DNA from: Deltaproteobacteria bacterium
Lineage (GTDB): Bacteria; Myxococcota_A; UBA9160; SMWR01
Assembly (NCBI GenBank): GCA_032128375.1
Contig: JAQBGU010000068.1
Location: 1 to 10,840 of the forward strand
Length of the DNA stretch: 10,840 nt
Reading direction: 5' to 3'
Shown: positions 1-7,504 of the stretch, piece by piece
Position numbering within the stretch: the first letter of the stretch is position 1
How the letters are laid out: the number at the start of each line of letters is the position of its first letter
Notes under the pieces: model-generated
Seen by the model: the letters and a program-made list of their open reading frames with translations, nothing else
Database searches by the model: none
What the model was told of the DNA's origin: nothing
Position numbers and translations under genes: made by a program

Positions 1-100
1 GAAGAGCCTTGCGCGCAGAAAGAAGAGCCTTGCGCGGACATTGAAGGGCGTTGAGCGGACATTAGAGCCTTCAGCGGACATGATGAACATTCGGCGGACG
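1..100. repeat. Degenerate ~21-bp tandem repeat, 4-5 units, possibly continuing left of the window
   Basis: Units: gaagagccttgcgcgcagaaa (1-21), gaagagccttgcgcggacatt (22-42), gaagggcgttgagcggacatt (43-63), agagccttcagcggacatg (64-82), and a decayed atgaacattcggcggacg (83-100). Units 2-5 share the core GCGGAC. Confidence 0.8.
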
Positions 101-257
101 CCAAAGCGCCGCATGCATGCTGCTTGCAGAGTGGAGCTGCCAGACGCGAGTCTAGGAGTCTGCTCGGTCGAGCGCGAGTACTGCTGTGCTGTAACCAAGC
201 AGAGGAATTTTCGAGAGCTGCGTCGATGCGCGAATAGCACGCGGAGTCAGCGTCGTT

Positions 258-1211
258 TTAGCCGACGGTGGCGCCGCCTGAGATGGGTCTACCGCGCACG
301 AAGTCAGCGACGGGCAACGCGCGCTTGCCGGGCCGCTGCAACACGCGCGGTACGAGCCATCCGTCGCGCGTCGCGATGCGCAGTTCGCCGCCAGGTTCCA
401 TGCTGAGCGTCCCGGGTGCGACATCGGCAGCATCCGAAGTGAAATCCGCCTCGAGAATGCGGAGCTTTTCGTTCTCGAACCAGGTAAAAGCGCCGGGTGC
501 CGGTGCCATCGCCCGCACCCGACGAGCCAACGCCTGGGCTGGCTCTCTCCAGTCGAGAACGGCGTCAGCGGGCCCGATCTTCGGTGCTTCGGTTGCCAGC
601 GTTGCGTCCTGGGGTGTCCATACCACCCGGCCCTCGGCAGTTTCTTCGAGGGTCTGTTCCAGTACGTCTGCTGTCAGCACGGACAATCGCGCAGTCAGTT
701 CGCCCGCGTTCTCGCGCGGACCGATCGCAATCCTGTGTTGCAGCGAGACCGGTCCAGCGTCCATCTCGCGTTCGACGCGCATCGCAGAAACCCCGGTTTC
801 GCTGTCGCCAGCGAGCAGGCAGCCGACGATTGGCGCCGCGCCCCGGTGGCGCGGCAGCAGGCTGGCGTGTCCGTTGATCATGTATCCAAGCGAAGGCAGT
901 TCGCGAATCATCTTGGGAATGAACTGCCCGAATGCGACGACTACGCCGAGGTCCGGCTGCAACGCCGCCAGGGCTGCGACACAGTCCGCGTGGGCGACGC
1001 GCTCGGGGCGCAACAGTTCGAGTCCGGCCTCGATCGCGACTTCGGCGACCGGTGCGGGCGAAGTGTGTCGACCGCGCCCGCGCCGGCGGTCCGGCTGGCA
1101 GATCACCGCGACCACCTCGTGTCGCCCCTCGATCAGTCGACGAAGCGTCGGTACCGCGAACGCCGGCGTTCCGAAGAAGGCCAGGCGAAGTGCTTCACCG
1201 GCCAGGGTCAA
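258..1211 (-). CDS. fmt: Methionyl-tRNA formyltransferase
   Basis: 317 aa with N-terminal FFGTPAFA, QPDRRRGRG, VVAFGQ, the formyltransferase motif NGHASLLPRHRGAAP, and MDAG. The TTG start overlaps the def stop (TTGA, 1211-1208), giving the classic def-fmt pair. Confidence 0.97.
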   Translation of the reverse strand: MTLAGEALRLAFFGTPAFAVPTLRRLIEGRHEVVAVICQPDRRRGRGRHTSPAPVAEVAIEAGLELLRPERVAHADCVAALAALQPDLGVVVAFGQFIPKMIRELPSLGYMINGHASLLPRHRGAAPIVGCLLAGDSETGVSAMRVEREMDAGPVSLQHRIAIGPRENAGELTARLSVLTADVLEQTLEETAEGRVVWTPQDATLATEAPKIGPADAVLDWREPAQALARRVRAMAPAPGAFTWFENEKLRILEADFTSDAADVAPGTLSMEPGGELRIATRDGWLVPRVLQRPGKRALPVADFVRGRPISGGATVG

Positions 1212-1732
1212 TCATCCTCGAGTTCGAGTCGGAGCTGCTTCTTGCGCCTTTGCACGTACAGGCTGCGCTTCAATCGACTGATTCGATCGATGAACAGCAC
1301 ACCGTCCAGATGGTCGATTTCGTGCTGGAAGCAGACAGCCTGGAGCTGGCTCGCTTCGATCACCAGCGGCTCTCCTTCGAGGTCGCTTGCGTGGAGTACG
1401 ACTGATTCCGAACGTTCGACGTCGGCTTCAAAGTCTGGAACCGACAGGCAACCCTCGGTCCACGGCAGTTTTCCGCGGCGCTCGACGATCTCGGGGTTGA
1501 TCAGCACCAACGGGTTGCGCTCCGCGTCGTCCTGGGTCCATTCGGTATCGACAACGACCATTCGGATCGTCTCGCCGATTTGTGGAGCGGCCAGACCGAT
1601 ACCGGGTTCGTCGTACATGACGTCCAGCATGTCGCGCGCGAGTTCGCGGATTTCGTCCGTGACCTCCTCGATCGGGGCCGATATTTCTTTCAGCCGCTTG
1701 TCGGGAAATTTGAGGACTTCGCGCAATGCCAT
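1208..1732 (-). CDS. def: Peptide deformylase
   Basis: 174 aa with all three PDF motifs: GIGLAAPQ, EGCLS and HEIDH (HExxH). Confidence 0.98.
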   Translation of the reverse strand: MALREVLKFPDKRLKEISAPIEEVTDEIRELARDMLDVMYDEPGIGLAAPQIGETIRMVVVDTEWTQDDAERNPLVLINPEIVERRGKLPWTEGCLSVPDFEADVERSESVVLHASDLEGEPLVIEASQLQAVCFQHEIDHLDGVLFIDRISRLKRSLYVQRRKKQLRLELEDD

Positions 1733-1836
1733 ACGTGACAGTGACTCGCTAATTGCCGAATAGAGAAGATTGTGGCGTCGATCTGGCGACAGACCGGCAG
1801 CCGGGGTTCATTAGTTCAACAAATTCGCGGATTGGT

Positions 1837-4311
1837 TCATAGCATGCTCACCGGATCGACGTCCACGCTGGCCTGAATCGGCGCGACCAGATGGTTAGTC
1901 GCGGCGACGAGCTCTTCCGATGCGAGACGCAGTGACGGGCCAGCTGGTCCCTTGATCAAGAGTTGGTAGCGAAACCGCCGCCGCAATCGCTTCAACGGGG
2001 CAGGGGCAGGGCCGAGAAATTCGAGGTCGGCAGCTCGCGCTCCGAGCGCCGCCCTGACTTCGCGTGTCATTGCATTCGCAGCGGCGAATGTCGCGTCGTC
2101 GTCGGGTCCGGAGATCAATGTTCGGACCAGCCGACCGAACGGCGGGTAGCCGAGCACACTGCGATGGCCGAGTTCTTCGGCGTAGAAACGTTCGTAGTCG
2201 TGATCGATGACCGGTTGGATTGCGTAGTGGCAAGGGTCGAAGCTTTGGATGATGACTCGGCCGGGCAGCGCATCACGTCCTGCTCGCCCAGCGACCTGCG
2301 TGAGCAGCTGAAAGGTGCGTTCTGCGGCACGGAAATCCGGTAGATGCAGACCCACGTCAGCGGCGACGACGCCGACCAGCCGAACCCCGGGAAAGTCATG
2401 CCCCTTCGCGACCATCTGCGTACCGACCAGGATGTCGATGCTCCGCTTCGCGAGTCCGCGCAACACGCTCTCGGTGTGCCCGCGTCTTGCAGCCGTATCT
2501 CGATCGAGTCGCGCGATTCGAGCTTTCGGGTAGAGGCTTCGGACTTCTTCTTCGAGCCGTTCGGTCCCGACGCCGAGCAAGGCCGAGTCGGGCGCGCCGC
2601 AGTCCGAGCAGTTCTCGGGTGGGGAGATCGCGTAGTCGCAGTAATGACAGCGCAAACGCTGTTCGGATGCATGGTACACCAACGAGATGTCACAATTTTG
2701 GCAGCGCTCTGCGGAGCCGCAATCGAAGCAGAGGATTGTCGTGGAAAAGCCACGCCGGTTCAGAAACAGAATGACTTGGCCCGCGTCGGCGAGCGTTTGG
2801 GTGATGGCTCGACGCATCGCGGCGGAGAGGATCACGCGGCGTCCACGCGCCGAGCGGTCGCGCTCGCGCACGAGGTCGATCAGCTCTACGCCGGGCAGCG
2901 GCCGTCCACCGACTCTCTCGCCCAGGACCAGGCGTCTGATCTCACCGCGATCGGCCGCGAACCGGGTGTCGACGGCCGGTGTCGCAGAACCCAGAATGAC
3001 CGGGCAGGAGGCTGCCCTGGCGCGCAGCGTTGCCAATCTGCGAGCGTGGTAGCGAAAGCCTTCTTCGTTCTTGTAGGCAGCGTCGTGTTCTTCGTCCATC
3101 ACGATCACTCCGAGATTCTCGAGCGGTGCGAACAGCGCCGACCTCGCTCCGACCGCGATGGGCGTAGCGCCCGCCCGAAGCCGTTCCCACTGTTCGAGGC
3201 GCTCGCCGGGCCGCAAACCGCTGTGCAGCACCGCCAGTTCGTCGCCGAAACGGCCGCGCAGCCGCGCGAGGATCTGGTGAGTCAGCGTGATCTCGGGTAC
3301 CAGGACCAGCGCCTGGCGGCCGATTGCCAGTGCTTCACCGACGGCCCGCAGATACACCTCGGTCTTTCCGCTGCCGGTGACTCCGTGGAGCAAGAATGTC
3401 TGCGCGCGGCGTTCGCGCACTGCTTCGGCGATGGGCTTGACGCAGCTGGCCTGGTCCGCGGTGAGCTCGACCGGACGATCGGGTGCGAGCGGTTTTCCCA
3501 GCACATCCCGGGGCGCCTTCCTTTGCGCCATTCGCACCAGTCCGCGCTCTGCGAGGCGCGCTAGCAGGCTCGCCGCTGTGGGGAAGTCTGCACTCAGCGC
3601 AGCTGTCGGGACCTCGTCCGATTGCGCGAGACGTCGCAATAGAGCCGCCTGCGCGGGCGCCTTCGCCAACGTTGTTTCACAGACTTGTTCTACCTCGACG
3701 CCAGCCGCGACGGTTGCAGTGCGAATCGTCGCGACCCTCGCGCTAGCGGATCGATCGAGTGCGGTTTTCGCCACCAATCCGTCTCGGGCGAGCTGCGCGA
3801 CCAGCCCCACTTCGGCGGTGAGTTTGTTGAGCTGGGATAGTGATCGGGGCGTCTTGGTCAGCGCCTGCAGGATCCCGCTCACCTCGCGGCCGACCGCACC
3901 GGTTTGGAGAGCGGCGAGGCCCCGGGGTGTGATCCGGTATCCCAGCGTGGTGCGTGGTGCGCTGCCGGCCGGGAGGGCTGTAGCCAGCGCGATCCCAATC
4001 GGACACAACACCTCATCCGCTGCCGCAGTCAATACTTCGAGCATGGATCGGGACAACACGGGTTCATCGTCGACGACGAATTCGATCGGAAGTAGCCGCC
4101 CTTGGAATTCTGCCTGCCCGACTCGTTCGACAACGATGCCGGTCAGCCGGCGTTCACGAAAACGGACCTGCACGCGACAGCCCGGTTGCGCGCGAAGTTC
4201 GAGAGCATCGGGGACCGAGTATTCGAACGCTTCGTCGATCGGCACTGGGAGTGCGACCCGCGCGACGCTGCGCGCCTCGGCTGCGAACAGGCTCTGTTCC
4301 TTCGGTTCCAT
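1837..4311 (-). CDS. priA: Primosomal protein N' (replication-restart helicase PriA)
   Basis: N-terminal 3'-DNA-binding domain (VALPVP..FEYSVP..PGCRVQVRF), Walker A GVTGSGKT, LVPEI, DEEH, SATP, four CxxC pairs (CFDC, CQNC, CHYC, CSDC), GTQMVAKGHDFP and QVAGRAGR. I moved the start from 4347 to the ATG at 4311 (MEPKEQ...); the start is inferred. Confidence 0.97.
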   Translation of the reverse strand: MEPKEQSLFAAEARSVARVALPVPIDEAFEYSVPDALELRAQPGCRVQVRFRERRLTGIVVERVGQAEFQGRLLPIEFVVDDEPVLSRSMLEVLTAAADEVLCPIGIALATALPAGSAPRTTLGYRITPRGLAALQTGAVGREVSGILQALTKTPRSLSQLNKLTAEVGLVAQLARDGLVAKTALDRSASARVATIRTATVAAGVEVEQVCETTLAKAPAQAALLRRLAQSDEVPTAALSADFPTAASLLARLAERGLVRMAQRKAPRDVLGKPLAPDRPVELTADQASCVKPIAEAVRERRAQTFLLHGVTGSGKTEVYLRAVGEALAIGRQALVLVPEITLTHQILARLRGRFGDELAVLHSGLRPGERLEQWERLRAGATPIAVGARSALFAPLENLGVIVMDEEHDAAYKNEEGFRYHARRLATLRARAASCPVILGSATPAVDTRFAADRGEIRRLVLGERVGGRPLPGVELIDLVRERDRSARGRRVILSAAMRRAITQTLADAGQVILFLNRRGFSTTILCFDCGSAERCQNCDISLVYHASEQRLRCHYCDYAISPPENCSDCGAPDSALLGVGTERLEEEVRSLYPKARIARLDRDTAARRGHTESVLRGLAKRSIDILVGTQMVAKGHDFPGVRLVGVVAADVGLHLPDFRAAERTFQLLTQVAGRAGRDALPGRVIIQSFDPCHYAIQPVIDHDYERFYAEELGHRSVLGYPPFGRLVRTLISGPDDDATFAAANAMTREVRAALGARAADLEFLGPAPAPLKRLRRRFRYQLLIKGPAGPSLRLASEELVAATNHLVAPIQASVDVDPVSML

Positions 4312-4319
4312 ATGGAGGC

Positions 4320-4325
4320 AGTGTA
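4320..4325 (-). promoter_or_regulatory. Candidate -10 box for a leaderless or near-leaderless priA transcript
   Basis: The minus strand reads TACACT-gcctccat-ATG, with no Shine-Dalgarno sequence and no convincing -35 box. Confidence 0.4.
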
Positions 4326-4495
4326 TTGGACGAGCTCGTCGACACACACTTCTTCACAAGACCCTCGACTACCTCTCCACGAAACTCTCATCTACCTTTC
4401 CATCTTGGGAAGGAATTCACGGCCTGGATCGTCCGCGCTAGGCAGCTTTCGGTCTCACATCACCCATCGGTTCAGCGGGTTCCAGGAAGGATGCG

Positions 4496-5236
4496 ATGAG
4501 CCGAACTCAGGGCATGGGCAAGAACCGGAGGATCCGAGCAGCGCCGAATCGCGTCGAGGTCAAGCACGGCCGGAAGGGTCGAGCGCTGCAGATCAACGGC
4601 ACCTTCGCATCCTGGTACGAGCCAGATAGCGCGATTACCGGATCGGTCTGGGATGCGCTCGCGGCGCCGCTATTGCTACTGCCTCAGCAGGGTCGGCGAC
4701 GTGTGTTGATCCTCGGCCTGGGAGGTGGGAGCGCCGCGCGCATCGTTCGCGCACTCGCCCCGCGGGCGCAAATTACCGGCGTCGAGCTGGACAGCGACGT
4801 CGTGAAGGCGGCGCGACGCTGGTTCGATCTCGATAGCCTCGGGGTCGATGTCGTTTGCGAAGATGCGCTCCACTACCTGGGTCGCTCACGGAAACGCTTC
4901 GACATCATCTTTGAAGACATCTTCGTCGGCTCAGGGCGAACGGTCCACAAGCCCGATTGGCTCCCCGAGCCTGGGCACACTTTGGCCGCGCGGCGCTTGG
5001 GGCCCGCTGGCATCCTCGTCAGCAACACGATCGACGAGGCAGCAGCCGTCAGTCGCGCGATGCGCAGGGCCTTTCGATCGACGCTTCGAATCTGTGTTGC
5101 CGACTACGACAACCAGATCATCGTGGGAGCCCGCTTCCCGTTGTCGGGCCGGGTCCTCCGATCGTCGGTGAAGGCCAGCCGGGTGCTCGCACCGACCGCG
5201 CCGCAGCTCTCGTTTCGATCGGATCGTCCCAGTTAG
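4496..5236 (+). CDS. Class I SAM-dependent methyltransferase-fold protein, stand-alone spermidine-synthase-like
   Basis: 246 aa with motif I VLILGLGGGS, acidic beta2 end ITGVELD, EDAL, and FDIIFEDIF. SD-like AGGAAGG at 4484-4490. It lacks the GGGDG signature of true SpeE, so I gave no gene symbol. Confidence 0.85.
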   Translation: MSRTQGMGKNRRIRAAPNRVEVKHGRKGRALQINGTFASWYEPDSAITGSVWDALAAPLLLLPQQGRRRVLILGLGGGSAARIVRALAPRAQITGVELDSDVVKAARRWFDLDSLGVDVVCEDALHYLGRSRKRFDIIFEDIFVGSGRTVHKPDWLPEPGHTLAARRLGPAGILVSNTIDEAAAVSRAMRRAFRSTLRICVADYDNQIIVGARFPLSGRVLRSSVKASRVLAPTAPQLSFRSDRPS

Positions 5237-5293
5237 ATCATTTGCGTCTCTCGGCGATGCGACAGCGTTCGCTCGAAGTCGTGATGCACTATC

Positions 5294-5324
5294 GGTGTCA
5301 GATCGGCCTGGTGTCAGATCGGCC
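5294..5324. repeat. Perfect 15-bp direct repeat, 2 copies
   Basis: ggtgtcagatcggcc at 5294-5308 and 5310-5324, between two convergent genes. Confidence 0.85.
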
Positions 5325-5403
5325 CAAACACAAGGAGGGCAGCGAGGCCGCCAAGAACTGAGAGTGGTCGAACAGAAACAGCCGGAAATCTGGAAATCTG
5401 GGA

Positions 5404-6210
5404 TCAAGCTTCCGCCAAGAACTGCAGCACGACCTGATTGAATCGCTCCGCCGATTCGGCCATGACCAGATGCGCTCCGAATTGGAAGGTCACCATGTGC
5501 GCGTTGCGGATCTCGTCGGCGAGTTCGCGGTGGAGCGACGGTGGCGTGAGCTGATCCTTTCGGCCACATAGCACCAGGGTCTCGTGATCGATCTCGTGCA
5601 ATCGATCGGCTGTGTCGTGTTCGATGCACGCCTCACATTGGGCCGCGAAGACGTCTTCGGAAAGGGGTGCGCGGTCGCGTGCAAAGAAAATCAGCATCTG
5701 CTCGATCAGGTCCGCTTGCTCCAGGGTCTCGTCTTGCAGCGTCCAAAGTAGACGTTCTCGGACCATGACCTCGACCGGCGCGCCGTGCCGTGCGAGGTCG
5801 CGCCACTGTGATAGCAGCATCCGGCGTTTCGCATCTGCGCGCGCGTAGGTGCCGCATAACACCAATCGGTGAACCCGTTGCGGGTGTCTCAACGCCATTT
5901 CCTGGGCGACCATTCCACCCATGAACACGCCGAGGACGTTCGCTTTCTCGATTTCCAGCGCATCGAGCAAGCCGGTGGTGTCGTCGGCCATGGCGGCGGT
6001 CGAGAGCGGCGAGTCGGAAGCTTCGCTGCCGCCAGAACCCCGGTGGTCGAAGATCAGTGTCCGGTGATGCAGCGAAAAAGCCGGCACCTGCAACGGCAAC
6101 CAACCTTTGCACGAGCCCGCCATGCCCATAATGAGCAATAGCGGGATGCCATCGTGTTCGCCGTGGAGCTCGTAGTAGACCTTCCGAGAGCGAACGCTGA
6201 TGTGAGGCAT
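5404..6210 (-). CDS. Alpha/beta-hydrolase-fold protein (PcaD/RutD-like) with Phe at the nucleophile position
   Basis: 268 aa with YYELHG, PLLLIMG, FDHRGSGGS, elbow GVFMGG (F96), HPQRVHRLVL, acid motif GRKD (D219) and GAH (H247). Purine-rich RBS AGGGGGTAGGA upstream. Confidence 0.9.
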   Translation of the reverse strand: MPHISVRSRKVYYELHGEHDGIPLLLIMGMAGSCKGWLPLQVPAFSLHHRTLIFDHRGSGGSEASDSPLSTAAMADDTTGLLDALEIEKANVLGVFMGGMVAQEMALRHPQRVHRLVLCGTYARADAKRRMLLSQWRDLARHGAPVEVMVRERLLWTLQDETLEQADLIEQMLIFFARDRAPLSEDVFAAQCEACIEHDTADRLHEIDHETLVLCGRKDQLTPPSLHRELADEIRNAHMVTFQFGAHLVMAESAERFNQVVLQFLAEA

Positions 6211-6249
6211 AGGTGGGATCCTACCCCCTTGGGCACGCGATCTGCAGTC

Positions 6250-6840
6250 TTAGCCGCTCATCTGCTTCAGGTCGCGAAGCACGCAGCGCGCGACCGCCTT
6301 CAGCGTCTCGAAGACGCCCTGGCCTGTGGTGGCACAAGCTTCGAAATCCGGAGCGCCGGTCGGGTTGAGGAGTTTGCGAATCTCCTCGAGGGGCGCGGAA
6401 TTTGGCAGGTCGCGTTTGTTGTACTGAACCACGAAGGGTGTCTTATCGAGTTCGTAACCCTGCTCGGCGAGATTGAGTTTCAGGTTGTCCAGGCTCTCGA
6501 GGTTCGCCTCCATCCGCTCGATCTGGCTGTCAGCGACGAAGACGACACCGTCCACACCTTTCAGAATCAGTTTTCGGCTTGCGTCGTAGAAGACCTGCCC
6601 CGGAACTGTGTACAAGTGGAACCGCGTCTGAAAGCCGCGGATCTTGCCAAGCGCAAGCGGCAGAAAGTCGAAAAAGAGGGTTCGCTCGGTTTCGGTGGCG
6701 AGCGAGATCATCTTTCCCTTCAAGTCCGGGTTGGTCTTGCTGTAGATGAACTGCAGGTTCGTCGTCTTCCCACACAGCCCAGGGCCGTAGTAGACGATCT
6801 TGCAGTTGATTTCTCGCGACGAGTAATTGATGAACGACAA
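6250..6840 (-). CDS. mglA: MglA small Ras-like GTPase (polarity/motility)
   Basis: 196 aa starting [29 protein letters not shown], with [13 protein letters not shown] (intrinsic Arg finger), YTVPGQ (in place of DxxG) and NKRD. These match my recollection of Myxococcus xanthus MglA. TTG start at 6840. Confidence 0.98.
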   Translation of the reverse strand: MSFINYSSREINCKIVYYGPGLCGKTTNLQFIYSKTNPDLKGKMISLATETERTLFFDFLPLALGKIRGFQTRFHLYTVPGQVFYDASRKLILKGVDGVVFVADSQIERMEANLESLDNLKLNLAEQGYELDKTPFVVQYNKRDLPNSAPLEEIRKLLNPTGAPDFEACATTGQGVFETLKAVARCVLRDLKQMSG

Positions 6841-6849
6841 TTGAATGGC

Positions 6850-7341
6850 CTAACTCGAAAAGAGGTTGTCGATGTCTTCGTCGGTGATTTCAGCAAACGG
6901 GGAACCCGCCCCCTGAGCTTCCGCTTGTTCGGTGCGTTTCTGAATTCCTTCGAAGACTTTCGCGAGCTCCGCACCGGCCTTCTTGACGCGGAGGCGTACG
7001 AGGCCCAGAGAGCTGCGCTCATCGAATATCACCACCAGGATGATTCTCTTTGCGACCAGCGTGATGTGAAGGTTGTCGCGCTGTCCCTGATGAAAGTGAA
7101 TCGGAAATTCTTCTTCACCAACGATCTTGGCGAGGCCCCCGGTGGCCGCGATGCAGCCCGCGGTCAGAGATGCAAGGCTCGTGGTATCGATGCCACGCAT
7201 CTCTCCAGCTTCGCCGATCAGTTGACCATTGCGGTCGACGACGAAAATTCCCTTCGCATTGGCATCCCGGACGAGCTTCTGGATGATGGCGAGGACTTTC
7301 CTGAAATCCTCGTCATACATCACTAGCTGCGTATCGTGCAT
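6850..7341 (-). CDS. mglB: MglB roadblock/LC7-domain GAP of MglA
   Basis: TQLVMYDE, DANAK..F.VD.NGQLI, IDTTSLASLTAG, SLGLVRLR and C-terminal SPFAEITDEDIDNLFS. Start placed at ATG 7341 (MHDTQLVM, 163 aa) by similarity to the M. xanthus N-terminus and a GAGG 9 nt upstream. Confidence 0.97.
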   Translation of the reverse strand: MHDTQLVMYDEDFRKVLAIIQKLVRDANAKGIFVVDRNGQLIGEAGEMRGIDTTSLASLTAGCIAATGGLAKIVGEEEFPIHFHQGQRDNLHITLVAKRIILVVIFDERSSLGLVRLRVKKAGAELAKVFEGIQKRTEQAEAQGAGSPFAEITDEDIDNLFSS

Positions 7342-7388
7342 CGGCAATTGCCTCGACAGCCGTTCGGGCAGCAAGGGGTTTCGAATTC

Positions 7389-7418
7389 ACTCTACCCCGA
7401 AGTCGAAAGCCGCGGCAA
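7389..7418 (-). promoter_or_regulatory. Candidate sigma70-type promoter for mglBA
   Basis: Minus strand TTGCCG (7418-7413), 18-nt spacer, TAGAGT (7394-7389). The -10 hexamer is identical to that of the ffs promoter. Confidence 0.55.
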
Positions 7419-7504
7419 GCACACGGCGCTCGCCCCGGCTTCACACTCCGCTGAATGGGTCGGCGCACTGGCGGCCCGGCTTTAGTCAGAGATGCGGGAG
7501 ACTC

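Noticed and set aside
1..100. Left-edge repeat as a CRISPR array
   Set aside because: Units are adjacent with no unique spacers, and there are no cas genes in the window.
268..4441. Long plus-strand ORFs (268-1281, 735-1763, 2344-3564, 3287-4441)
   Set aside because: They are antisense to fmt, def and priA, have low-information or Ser/Arg/Ala-rich composition, and show no domain signatures.
4496..5236. Calling the plus-strand gene speE
   Set aside because: The GGGDG and catalytic Asp-region signatures of aminopropyltransferases are missing.
6154..7326. 390-aa plus-strand ORF antisense to mglA and mglB
   Set aside because: Shadow ORF opposite two highly conserved genes, with no recognisable motifs. 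Such ORFs are expected from high-GC codon bias.
7343..7352. Palindrome GGCAATTGCC at the mglB RBS, with CAATTG again at the mglA start (6838-6843)
   Set aside because: Too short to distinguish from chance without comparative data.
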